Below are positions 1-15,337 of a DNA stretch of 64,000 nucleotides, piece by piece; positions within the stretch are counted from its first letter, which is position 1, and every line of letters starts with the position of its first letter. A model generated the notes under the pieces. It worked only from the letters and a program-made list of their open reading frames with translations. It had not been told where the DNA came from and did not search any database. A program made the translations under genes and the position numbers. Source of the DNA: Macrostomum lignano (lineage: Eukaryota); the NCBI GenBank assembly GCA_002269645.1, contig NIVC01002227.1, forward strand, positions 1-64,000, read 5' to 3'.

Positions 1-2645
1 CTTCTCCCCTCTCCTCTCCTCCTCTCTCCTCTCTCTTTCTTCTCCTCTCCCTCTCCTCTCCTCTCCTCTCCTCTTCCCCTCTCCTCTCCTCTCCTCCTCT
101 CTCCTCTCCTCCCTCTCCTCTCTCCTCTCTCTCTCCTCCTCCTCTCCTCTCCTCTCCTCTCCTCTCCTCTCCTCTCCTCTCCCTCTCCTCTCCTCTGTCC
201 TCTCCTCTCCTCTCCTCTCCTCTCCTCTCCTCTACCTCTCCTCTCCTCTCCTCTCCTCTCCTCTCCTCTCCTCTCCTCTCCTTCTCCTCCTCTCTCCCTC
301 CTTTCTTCTCCTCTCCTCTCCCTCCTCTCCCTCTCCTCTCCTCTCCTCTCCTCTCCTCGTCTCTCCTCCCTCTCCCTCTCCTCCTCTCCTCCTCTCCTCT
401 CTCTCCTCTCCTCTCCTCTCCTCCTCCTCTCCTCTCCTCTCGCTCTCCTTCCCTCCTCTCCTCTCCTCTCCTCTCTCTCTTCTCTCCTCTCCTCTCCTCT
501 CCTCTCCTCTCCTCTCCTCTCCTCTCCTCTCTCTCTCCTCTCCTCTCCTCTCCTCTCCTCTCCCTCCTCTCCTCTCCTTCCTCTCCTCTCCTCTCCTCTC
601 CTCTCTCTCTCCTCTCCTCTCCTCTCCTCTCCTCTTCCTCTCCTCTCCTCTCCTCTCCTCTCCTCTCCTCCTCTCCTCTCCTCTCCTCTCGCTCTCCTCT
701 CCTCTCCTCTCCTCTCCTCTCCTCTCCTCTCCTCTCACTCTCCCTCCTCTCCTCTCCTCTCCTCTCCTCTCCTCTCCTCTCCTCTCCTCTCCTCTCCTCT
801 CCTCTCCTCCTCCCTCCCCTCTCTCCCCTCTCTCCTCTCCTCTCACTCTCCTCTCCTCTCTCCTATCCTCTCCTCTCCTCTCCTCTCTCTCCTCTCCTCT
901 CCTCTCTCTCTCCTCTCTCTCCTCTCCTCTCCTCTCCTCTCCTCTCCTCCTCCTTCCTCTCCTCTCCTCTCCTCTCCTCTCCTCCTCTCCTCCTCTCTCC
1001 TCTCCTTTCTTCTCCTCTCCTCTCCTCTCCTCCTCTCTCCTCTCCTCCCTCCCTCCTCTCTCCCTCTCCTCTCCTCTCCTCTCCTCTCCTCTCTCTCCTC
1101 CTCTCCTCCTCTCCTCTCCTCTCCCTCTCTCTCCTCTCCTCCTCTCCTCTCCTCTCCTCCTCTCTCCTCTCCTCTCCTCTCCTCTCCTCTCCTCTCCTCT
1201 CCTCTCCTCTCCTCTCTCTCCTCTCCTTCTCTCCTCTCCTCTCCTCCTCCTCTCCTCTCCTCTCCTCTCCTCTCCTCTCCTCTCCTCTCCTCCTCTCCTC
1301 TCCTCCCTTCTCCTCCTCTCCTCTCCTCTCCTCTCCTCTCCTCTCCCTCTCCTCTCCTCTCCTCTCCTCTCCTCTCCTCTCCTCTCCTCTCCTCTCCTCT
1401 CCTCTCCTCTTCTCTCCTCTCCTCTCTCTCTCCTCTCCTCTCCTCTCCCCTCTCCTCTCCTCTCCTCTCCTCCTCCTCTCCTCTCCTCTCCTCTCCCTCC
1501 TCTCCTCTCCTCTCCTCTCCTCTCCTCTCGACTCCTCTCTCCTCTCCTCTCCTCTCCTCTCCTCTCCTCTCCTCTCCTCTCCTCTCCTCTCCTCTCCTCT
1601 CCTCTCCTCTCCTCTCCTCTCTCTCTCCTCTCCTCTCCTCTCCTCTACTCTCCTCTCCTCTCCTCTCCTCTCCTCTCCTCTCCTCTACTCTCCTCTCCTC
1701 TCCTCTCCTCTCCTCTCTCTCCTCTCCTCTCCTCTCCTCTCCTCTCCTCTCCTCTCCTCTCCTCTCCTCTCCTCTCCTCTCCTCTCCTCTCCTCTCCTCT
1801 CCTCTCCTCTCCTCTCCTCTCCTCTCCTCTCCTCTCCTCTCCTCTCCTCTCCTCTCCCTCTCTCCTCTCCTCTCCTCTCCTCTCCTCTCCACTCCTCTCC
1901 TCTCCTCCTCTCTCCTCTCCTTTCTTCTCCTCTCCTCTCCTCTCCTCTCCTCTCCTCTCCTCTCCTCTCCCTCCTCTCCTCTCTCTCCTCTCCTCTCCTC
2001 TCCTCTCCTCTCCTCTCCTCCTCTCTCCTCTCCTCCTCTCTTCTCCCCTCTCCTCTCCTCCTCTCTCCTCTCCTTTCTTCTCCTCTCCTCTCCTCTCCTC
2101 TCCTCTCCTCTCCTCTCCTCTCCTCTCCTCTCCTCCTCTCTCCTCTCCTCCCCTCTCCTCCTCTCTCCTCTCCTCTCCTCTCCTCTCCTCTCCTCTCCTC
2201 TCCTCTCCTCTCCTCTCCTCTCCTCTCCTCTTCTCTCCTCTCCTCTCCTCTCCTCTCCTCTCCTCTCTTCTCCCCTCTCCTCTCCTCCTCTCTCCTCTCC
2301 TTTCTTCTCCTCTCCTCTCCTCTCCTCTCCTCTCCTCTCCTCTCCTCTCCCCTCTCTCCTCTCCTCTCCTCTCTCTCCTCTCCTCCCCTCTCCTCCTCTC
2401 TCCTCTCCTCTCCTCTCCACTCCTCTCCTCTCCTCTCCTCTCCTCTCCTCTCCTCTCCTCTCCTCTCCTCTCCTCTCCTCTCCTCTCCTCTCTCCCTCCT
2501 CCTCTCTCTCCTCTCCTCTCCTCTCCTCTCCTCTCCTCCTCTCTCCTCTCCTCTCCTCTCCTCTCCTCTCCTCTCCTCTCCTCTCCTCTCCTCTCCTCTC
2601 CCCTCCTCTCCTCTCCTCTCCTCTCCTCTAATCCCCTCTCCTCCC
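1..2645. repeat. (CTCCT)n / CT-rich simple satellite
   Basis: Almost pure pyrimidine CTCCT/CT repeat from window start; source of the spurious RGEER ORFs. Confidence 0.97.
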
Positions 2646-3239
2646 CAGCAGTACATTCCTTATTGAATAGAATGCTACATTTTTGTCTCCAGTCTTTCTT
2701 TCATCAATTCCGCACCTGATGCCCCATGCTGTACCACTTGCTTCTACGCGGCCCACTTGGCAGTCGCAATAGACCCTTAAAAAGCCTAATTTGCATCTTA
2801 TTGCTGAGTCCCAGCGATGGGGCTCTGCAAAGGATATGATGAAGCTGTGCTCTTGCTTCGATCAAAGAGAAGAAGCGGGCGAAGAGCTGACATGACCACT
2901 GGGGACGTCAGCTCCCACGGCGCACTCCCTCTTCCTCGAGCTCTCGCTGCTCTCCCTTTTCCCTGAATAAATCTCACAGCGCAGGCTTCATTAGGCGCCG
3001 AAAAGCGCTGCTCTGAGTGACGCAAACAAGATGGAGAGGGAGAGGAAACTGGTTAGCGTTGGTTCACCTCTCCTTCTGGCTCGGGCGTTATGCGAGGCTT
3101 CGATGAAGATGCAGGATGTGGGAGGCTGGATAGGAGATGAAGTTGAGTGCCGCGACTGAGCGGATTAGGGCTCGCCTCCCCGTTTTTATTATACTATTTG
3201 GGGCTCTGGCTCTTATCAGCCATGCGCATCATGCTCCCC

Positions 3240-3615
3240 CTCCCCTCTCTTCTCTTCCCTCTCCCTCTTCTACCCTCTCTCCCATCTTTTCTCCTTTTCT
3301 CTCTCCTGTCCTCTCTCCCATCTTTACTCCTCTCCTCCCCTCTCTGCCATCTTTTCTCTTCCTCTTCTCCTCTCTCAGATTTTCTCTCTCCTCTCCTCTC
3401 TCAGATCTTCTCTCTCTCATCTCCTCTCTCAGATCTTCTCTCTCCTCTCCTCTCCTCTCTCAGATCTTCTCTCTCCTCTCCTCTCCTCTCTCAGATCTTC
3501 TCTCTCCTCTCCTCTCTCAGATCTTCTCTCTCCTCTCCTCTTTCAGATCTCTTCTTCCTTTCCTCTCTCAGATCTTCTCTCTCGTCCCTTCTCTCAGATC
3601 TTCTCTCTCTACTCT
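3240..3615. repeat. CT-rich repeat grading into CTCTCAGAT-containing units
   Basis: Repeated ctctcctctctcagat(c/t)tt units. Confidence 0.85.
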
Positions 3616-4729
3616 CCACAATAAATAGCTGTGACAAAAGAGCGGCAGTGATACAGTAACATGCTTTAAATGTTCTAACTTGCAATAAATCAAGTAATAG
3701 GATAAAAAATTAGTGTGATGAGATGGAGGGGAGGGGTGATGAAGGGGGCCGAGAAAAGAGCCAACGAAGTGGCATGCTCGATCAATCAAGTGGTCGCACT
3801 CAGTCTGATAGAATCAACTAGCTAAATCCAACACAAGCCGCAGAGGACGGGAGCTACAACCCTGTCTCACAATTTGCTGTCTCGTGTTACAGTTGCCTAA
3901 GTTAATTTCAAAGTCAGTTTTTTTATACACGAGCTACAGCGGGGCTATGACGCTGAGTTGGCAGAACTGTTCTAATAATAGTAGCCTTTCTATGAAAGCA
4001 TCTACAAGTAAATTGTCTCCATTCATGTTTTTCTCATCAATATCCTAGCTACGCTACTTCAAGGCGTATAATAAGCAAGCTACGAGCGTCTTAATGAAAT
4101 GCAATGTTACTTGCGAGATAGTACTCAGAAAAAACAAATATGAGTTTAACTACTCTTCCCATAATGAAAAACAGTTGTGAAAATATTTAGTACAATAGAC
4201 AATTCAAATATTAGCAGGAGGAGGAACCAATAATTCCATTTTTTAAATTCTTAATTTAACATGTCCTTTCGTGTCCTACAGTACTTCTGCTCAGCATCCG
4301 TGCCCCCCTTTGACTTGCGTTTAAAAGCCAGTCGCGGAGAAAATTTATCTAAAAAACTAGCGATGATTTCCCGAATGTCAGTCGTGAAAATCTAGATGAC
4401 TCAAAGCTTCAGAAGGCTGCTGATGAGAAAGATTCAACTGCAGTCTTCCATTCAAGGATGCCAAATTATCAGATTAAAAACGATTTTTTAACCAACACCG
4501 TCTCTCTGGCGGGAAATAATCTTCAGACGTTTACTAATTCTAATCTTTTTACGTCCAGCTACGAGTATTGCAGTAAAATGTTATTTTTGAATGACAGCCA
4601 GATGACTGATAGAGAAGCCTAGAAAGTTACAAAGCAATGTGAGATTATAGAACTGATCGAATTTCAGGCTGGTCAGCCAATCAGAGAGGAGCCATTATGC
4701 CAAATATTACTGCCATCTCTAGCGGCAGA

Positions 4730-5135
4730 CAGACGGACCCTCAGACAGACACTGAGACAGACACTGAGACAGACCTTCAGACAGAACCTCAGACAGACAC
4801 TGAGACGGACACTGAGACGGACCCTCAGACAGACACTGAGACAGACCCTCAGACAGACACTGAGACAGACACTGAGACAGACCCTCAGACAGACACTGAG
4901 ACAGACACTGAGACAGACCTTCAGACAAACCCTCAGACAGACACTGAGACAGACACTGAGACAGACCCTCAGACAGACACTGAGACAGACACTGAGACAG
5001 ACCCTCAGACAGACCCTCAGACAGACACTGAGACAGACACTGAGACAGACCTTCAGACAGACCCTCAGACAGACACTGAGACAGACACTGAGACAGACCC
5101 TCAGACAGACCCTCAGACAGACAGAGACAGACGCT
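4730..5135. repeat. 12-bp-based GACA-derived minisatellite immediately 5' of the opsin start
   Basis: Alternating agacagacactg / agacagaccctc units. Confidence 0.92.
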
Positions 5136-5162
5136 TAACTGAAAGCAGACAATCGAGTTTTC

Positions 5163-10058
<4,896 letters not shown>

Positions 10059-10271
10059 TTGTCGGGAAGCCGGAGGTGCAGCAGATTGGCATTGAGCACA
10101 CAGAGCTTTGATTTTGATTGTTCTTATGGAGAATTTCGTGTTGTTTTTGTTTTCTACGGCAGTTGAAAAAATTGTAATCAGTAGGTAGATGAGGCTTAAG
10201 TTACTTTGAATTTCAAACTCTACTACACACAGCCTTGTAGATTTAAGTGTGCACTTTATTTAAAATTTAGT

Positions 10272-10277
10272 AATAAA
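10272..10277 (+). promoter_or_regulatory. Candidate opsin polyadenylation signal
   Basis: AATAAA about 215 nt after the stop (a second follows at about 10283). Confidence 0.4.
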
Positions 10278-10730
10278 TTTAGTAATAAAAATTTCTCACA
10301 GAATTTCTTGTGTAGACTACTTATGGTAAGTTACGTGCAAGTAGTCGTTAAAATTTGATATTTTAATTTCGAAAAAGAGAGAGATAACTTTTTTTAAGTG
10401 GCCATTTGAGCGGTGAAGTATCGCTATTTCAGGCGCCACGGGGACTTTAGCTGTCCTTGGCTTCAGCTGTCCCTGCATGGCTTTGATCGCAATACATGTA
10501 ATTGAACTCAGAAAATACCCGAAAGACTTATTTTTAATGCAGTTTGCTCAAACGAACTCCCAACGTTTGAGATGGATCTCGGCAAAACTTTTCCGGTTTT
10601 TTAAAAAGATTTATTAAATTTGATTGTTTCGAATTTCCTGTACGTTTTAAGCTTGCATGCACAAATAAACAGCTGAGTCGCATTTATGATTTTCTATATT
10701 TCAGCAACTGAGAAGGGAGACGCTGCGCAG

Positions 10731-11288
10731 TCAGTAGATGTCGCAGGAGCAATAGTTCCACAGCTGCTGTACGCTGCAAGAACTCACGCAGCAGTCGCAG
10801 CCAATGTCGCTTTTGGTCGGCCGGATTCGCCAAACCTGGCTCCGATCCATGCTCTGCAGCTTCTTCACTTCGGCATCGCTGATGAGCTTGTGATTCCCCC
10901 GCTGCTGCCGCTGCTGCTGCTGCCGCTGCTGCTGCTGCCGCTGCTGCTGCCCCCGCTTGACCAGCATGTGGTCAACTCGACACTCGGTGAAGTTGAAGTG
11001 CCGGAAGTCGCCAGAGTTCAACTGGGGCAGCAGATCCGGCCGGTGCTTCACAACTCGCATCGCGCGGCAGTACCAGCAGCAGGCGCCCTCCCACAGGTAG
11101 TACAGGCGGCGGCCGCAGACCCCCTGCCGCTGCTGGCTGGCCGGGATCGGCACCCCATTGCACACATCGGCGCCGCTTGAAGAGATGATAGCTCTCTGCG
11201 GCCCGGGCACAGACTCGCAGCCTACTGCTAGTAGTACGGTAATGAATAGGACTACGGATGAAGCAGTGATTAGTTGACAGCCAGTCAT
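10731..11288 (-). CDS. Insulin-like peptide precursor (185 aa, single coding exon, extra cysteines)
   Basis: Hydrophobic signal peptide; B-chain CGRRLYYLWEGAC (C-x11-C with CG-x2-L); KR site and Gln/Arg-rich C-peptide; A-chain CCVSSCSVQQLWNYC (CC-x3-C-x8-C insulin signature). Confidence 0.92.
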   Translation of the reverse strand: MTGCQLITASSVVLFITVLLAVGCESVPGPQRAIISSSGADVCNGVPIPASQQRQGVCGRRLYYLWEGACCWYCRAMRVVKHRPDLLPQLNSGDFRHFNFTECRVDHMLVKRGQQQRQQQQRQQQQRQQRGNHKLISDAEVKKLQSMDRSQVWRIRPTKSDIGCDCCVSSCSVQQLWNYCSCDIY

Positions 11289-11477
11289 GATGTCGATTGC
11301 TAGGAGGCTGGAAGAGAAATTATGTTGAAATTAGAATGAATGAATGAATGATTCAATGAATTATCAGGAAAAGTGGCAATTATTTAAATTTTAATTTTGG
11401 GAATAGCTCACCGGATTAGTGACGGATTAGAAAGCAGAGCTGCAGTGTCGCATCTCGTCCAGAACTGGCATCGGCGC

Positions 11478-11483
11478 TTTATA
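11478..11483 (-). promoter_or_regulatory. Candidate TATA box of the ILP gene
   Basis: TATAAA on - about 70 nt upstream of a donor (ccg|gtgagc at 11412/11411); acceptor-like ttccag/cctag lies just 5' of the ATG. Confidence 0.45.
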
Positions 11484-11579
11484 GGGGCAGAGAGCTGGGG
11501 AAATGTATCGAAACTGCTGTCTGTCTGCCACCCGCCTCTGCCGCTTCTCTGCCGGTGAAGGGCAGCGAATAAAAAATGA

Positions 11580-12150
11580 TTTGGGGCGCTGTTGGGGCAC
11601 TGTTGGGGCACTGTTGGGGCACTGTTGGGGGCACTGTTGGGGCACTGTTGGGGCACTCTTGGGGCACTCTTGGGGCACTCTTGGGGCACTCTTGGGGCAC
11701 TGTTGGGGCACTCTTGGGGCACTCTTGGGGCACTGTTGGGGCACTCTTGGGGCACTCTTGGGGCACTGTTGGGGCACTGTTGGGGCACTGTTGGGGCACT
11801 CTTGGGGCACTCTTGGGGCACTCTTGGGGCACTCTTGGGGCACTCTTGGGGCACTCTTGGGGCACTCTTGGGGCACTCTTGGGGCACTCTTGGGGCACTC
11901 TTGGGGCACTGTTGGGGCACTCTTGGGGCACTGTTGGGGCACTGTTGGGGCACTGTTGGGGCACTGTTGGGGCACTCTTGGGGCACTCTTGGGGCACTCT
12001 TGGGGCACTCTTGGGGCACTCTTGGGGCACTCTTGGGGCACTGTTGGGGCACTCTTGGGGCACTGTTGGGGCACTGTTGGGGCACTCTTGGGGCACTGTT
12101 GGGGCACTGTTGGGGCACTGTTGGGGCACAATGGGGGCACTGTTTGGGGC
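11580..12150. repeat. 12-bp minisatellite
   Basis: ggggcactgtt(g)/ggggcactctt(g) units. Confidence 0.96.
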
Positions 12151-12159
12151 GCTGAGGCA

Positions 12160-12196
12160 TACAAACAGATAAACAGACAGACAGACAGACAGACAA

Positions 12197-12227
<31 letters not shown>

Positions 12228-12262
12228 CACAGAGAGACAGACAAACAGACAGACAGCAGGCA
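12160..12262. repeat. (GACA)n microsatellite
   Basis: acag repeats. Confidence 0.9.
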
Positions 12263-12764
12263 GACAAGCTGACATTTCCGGTATTGGTCTGGACTCTTCA
12301 GACGATCGGGTAGAGGTCGGGGTTAGATCGAGTAGCCCTGTGCCACAGCTGGGCATCTCAGCGCCATTTAGTGCATTTTCATACACGTGTATTAATGTCG
12401 AGCTATTTTCGGCTGAAAATGGTGGGCACAGATGGCCATCAATCCGAAATGCGTGGGATCGAATGTCAACTGTAGTCAAACGACACCAATCCATGTCGAA
12501 GAATCGACGCGTTAAAAATATCGGCGATCCTAGAAGGAATCGTAAATCTTCAACGACTGTTTGCAGGTATGGTTTGTCAGGTCTCAGAACTAACTAGACT
12601 CACCTGTTGGGCTTTCAGTATATAATTTAATGCTCATACTTGCGATTGATTGAACACTGAATAAACATTTATTGCTAATTGATAAATTTATGAAATTACT
12701 ACTAAAGCAATGTGATTTTTACTTACAAACAGAATTTTTTAAATTTTTCTGAGATTGAAAACGG

Positions 12765-12955
12765 AGAAACCTCAACCAAAAAACCCCAACCGGGAACCCC
12801 CGACCAGGAAACTTCAACCAGGAAACCCCGACCAGAAAACCCCAACTGGGAAAGCCCAACCGGGAAAGCCCAACCGGGAAAGCCCAACCGGGAAAGCCCA
12901 ACCGGGAAAGCCCAACCGGGAAACCCCAATTGGGAAAATCCAACCGGGAAACTCC
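12765..12955. repeat. About 15-bp tandem repeat
   Basis: gggaaagcccaacc(g) units. Confidence 0.85.
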
Positions 12956-13479
12956 CACCAGACAACAACCAGATACCTTGATGCTCTAGTCGACAATGAC
13001 CATCAATGTCATTGGTCTATGGTATTCCCATTAATTTTGAAGACAGTACGTGGTACATGCAAGCACTTCTCAACGAACGAATATCCCGCGTGTTACAAAT
13101 CTAATTCAGAGACGCGGCAGCATGCGTCATGGCAAGCTTGCACGAATTGGTAGTAATTTATTCATTCATAAATTTCATTATAATATTACGCACAAGTGCA
13201 ACTTCAGAAAACTGGAACAGCTCTCTAGACACCACCCCCCTAGACATCGTGAGAGCTCATTGCACTGCTCTCGGATTCAAGAATTGCAATTTTCAAGGTC
13301 ATCTTGACTAGACAGAATGGCAGTCTTGGGTAGTTGGAATAATTTAATTGCAGATTTCCCTCTCGAATAATCAAATGAGACCGCGGGGCCGCTACAAACC
13401 TGAGCGTGCACTTTTCTGAGCTCATTCAGGAAGTATATGATATGGGAGTACGCGTGCCTTTGTCCCAGATCAAGACTAC

Positions 13480-14665
13480 CCAGTCTCATTGGTGTCTAAG
13501 TGACTCAATGGATGTTGAAGCAACTCAGTCTAATGGATTCCTAAGTGACTCAGTCTCACTGATGTTGAAGTGACTCAGTCTCACTGATGTTGAAGTGACT
13601 CAGTCTCACTGATGTTGAAGTGACTCAGACTCACTTGATGTTGAAGTGACTCAGTCTCACTGATGTTGAAGTGACTCAGACTCACTTGATGTTGAAGTGA
13701 CTCAGTCTCACTGATGTTGAAGTGACTCAGTCTCACTGATTTTGAAGTGACTCAGTCTCTCTGGATGTTGAAGTGACTCAGTCTCACTGATTTTGAAGTG
13801 ACTCAGTCTCACTGATGTTGAAGTGACTCAGTCTCACTGATTTTGAAGTGACTCAGTCTCTCTGGATGTTGAAGTGACTCAGTCTCACTGATTTTGAAGT
13901 GACTCAGTCTCACTGATGTTGAAGTGACTCAGTCTCACTGATGTTGAAGTGACTCAGTCTCACTGATGTTGAAGTGACTCAGTCTCACTGATGTTGAAGT
14001 GACTCAGACTCACTTGATGTTGAAGTGACTCAGTCTCACTGATGTTGAAGTGACTCAGACTCACTTGATGTTGAAGTGACTCAGTCTCACTGATGTTGAA
14101 GTGACTCAGACTCACTTGATGTTGAAGTGACTCAGTCTCACTGATGTTGAAGTGACTCAGTCTTACTGGATGTTGAAGTGACTCAGTCTCTCTGGATGTT
14201 GAAGTGACTCAGTCTCACTGATTTTGAAGTGACTCAGTCTCACTGATGTTGAAGTGACTCAGTCTCTCTGATGTTGAAGTGACTCAGTCTCTCTGATGTT
14301 GAAGTGACTCAGTCTCTCTGGATGTTGAAGTGACTCAGTCTCTCTGGATGTTGAAGTGACTCAGTCTCACTGATGTTGAAGTGACTCAGTCTCTCTGATG
14401 TTGAAGTGACTCAGTCTCTCTGGATGTTGAAGTGACTCAGTCTCTCTGATGTTGAAGTGACTCAGTCTCTCTGATGTTGAAGTGACTCAGTCTCTCTGGA
14501 TGTTGAAGTGACTCAGTCTCTCTGGATGTTGAAGTGACTCAGTCTCTCTGGATGTTGAAGTGACTCAGTCTCTCTGATGTTGAAGTGACTCAGTCTCTCT
14601 GGATGTTGAAGTGACTCAGTCTCATTGATGTTGAAGTGACTCAGTCTCAGTCATGCATAAGTGAC
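13480..14665. repeat. 25/26-bp minisatellite
   Basis: gatgttgaagtgactcagtctcact units, intergenic between ILP and RTCA. Confidence 0.97.
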
Positions 14666-15118
14666 TCTTTTACAATGACTGCAGACGATTATTAAAACCT
14701 ACCAGTAAAATAAATAAAATGTTACTAAGGCACTCAGAGCGTTTTGGCAAAACCAATGACCTGAGAAGAAAGTACTTGTCAATCTTAATGCTAAACATTT
14801 TTATTGCAAATCATAAAAACAAAATAGTTTAGAAAGACAGATTATTAAAAATATAAACTTGTATTAGTTCTTTATTTATAGAAGAAAATTTTCAACGACA
14901 CACAGAAACGCATAAGTCTACTTGTTCAGTAGTAAAATCAGCATTTTAAGCATTTTTCTTAACTAAATATGGATTTTTTTAAATTTATTATTTTCAGCTG
15001 TTCCTGGCTCTTTGCTGTATTTTTTCGCAACTGAATTTGTCTATGGCAAAAAACCCATTCCATAGCTATAAAAACGCAGATAAAACAGTTTTAAACACAA
15101 ATAACACGCAGATTTGAT

Positions 15119-15337
15119 CTAATCCCTTTTCAAGCCCAAGCCGCGACAGGACAGCACGCAGTTGCCCTCTCCACCGCCGTCCGTCTTCCCCGGCTTAGTG
15201 GTATCTTCGCTAACAGAGAAGTTCACTCCTGTCAACATCTCGGCCACGTGTACAGCAGTGCGAGTGTGCAGGGTGAGCGGCCCGACACGAATAGCGGATT
15301 CGCCTTCGGCTAAAGCCATGAATATCACTAGCTGGTC
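15119..15337 (-). CDS. RTCA: RTCA exon 5
   Basis: [27 protein letters not shown]...KRD*. Confidence 0.92.
   Translation of the reverse strand, partial: DQLVIFMALAEGESAIRVGPLTLHTRTAVHVAEMLTGVNFSVSEDTTKPGKTDGGGEGNCVLSCRGLGLKRD

Noticed and set aside
232-2656. Long RGEER-rich ORFs (204-525 aa)
   Set aside because: Translations of the (CTCCT)n satellite; no unique coding sequence.
2798-3659. ORFs 2798-3025(-), 3137-3628(+), 3147-3659(+), one with a signal-peptide-like start
   Set aside because: No recognisable domain; the + ORFs are mostly CT repeat; no supporting splice structure.
4420-4430. CTGATGA-GAAA hammerhead-like core (CTGATGA also at 18809)
   Set aside because: No stem II between the core motifs and no flanking stems could be built.
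11408-12597. ORFs rich in PQQCPKSA / LLGHSWGT
   Set aside because: Products of the 12-bp and GACA arrays; the unique tails show no recognisable domain.
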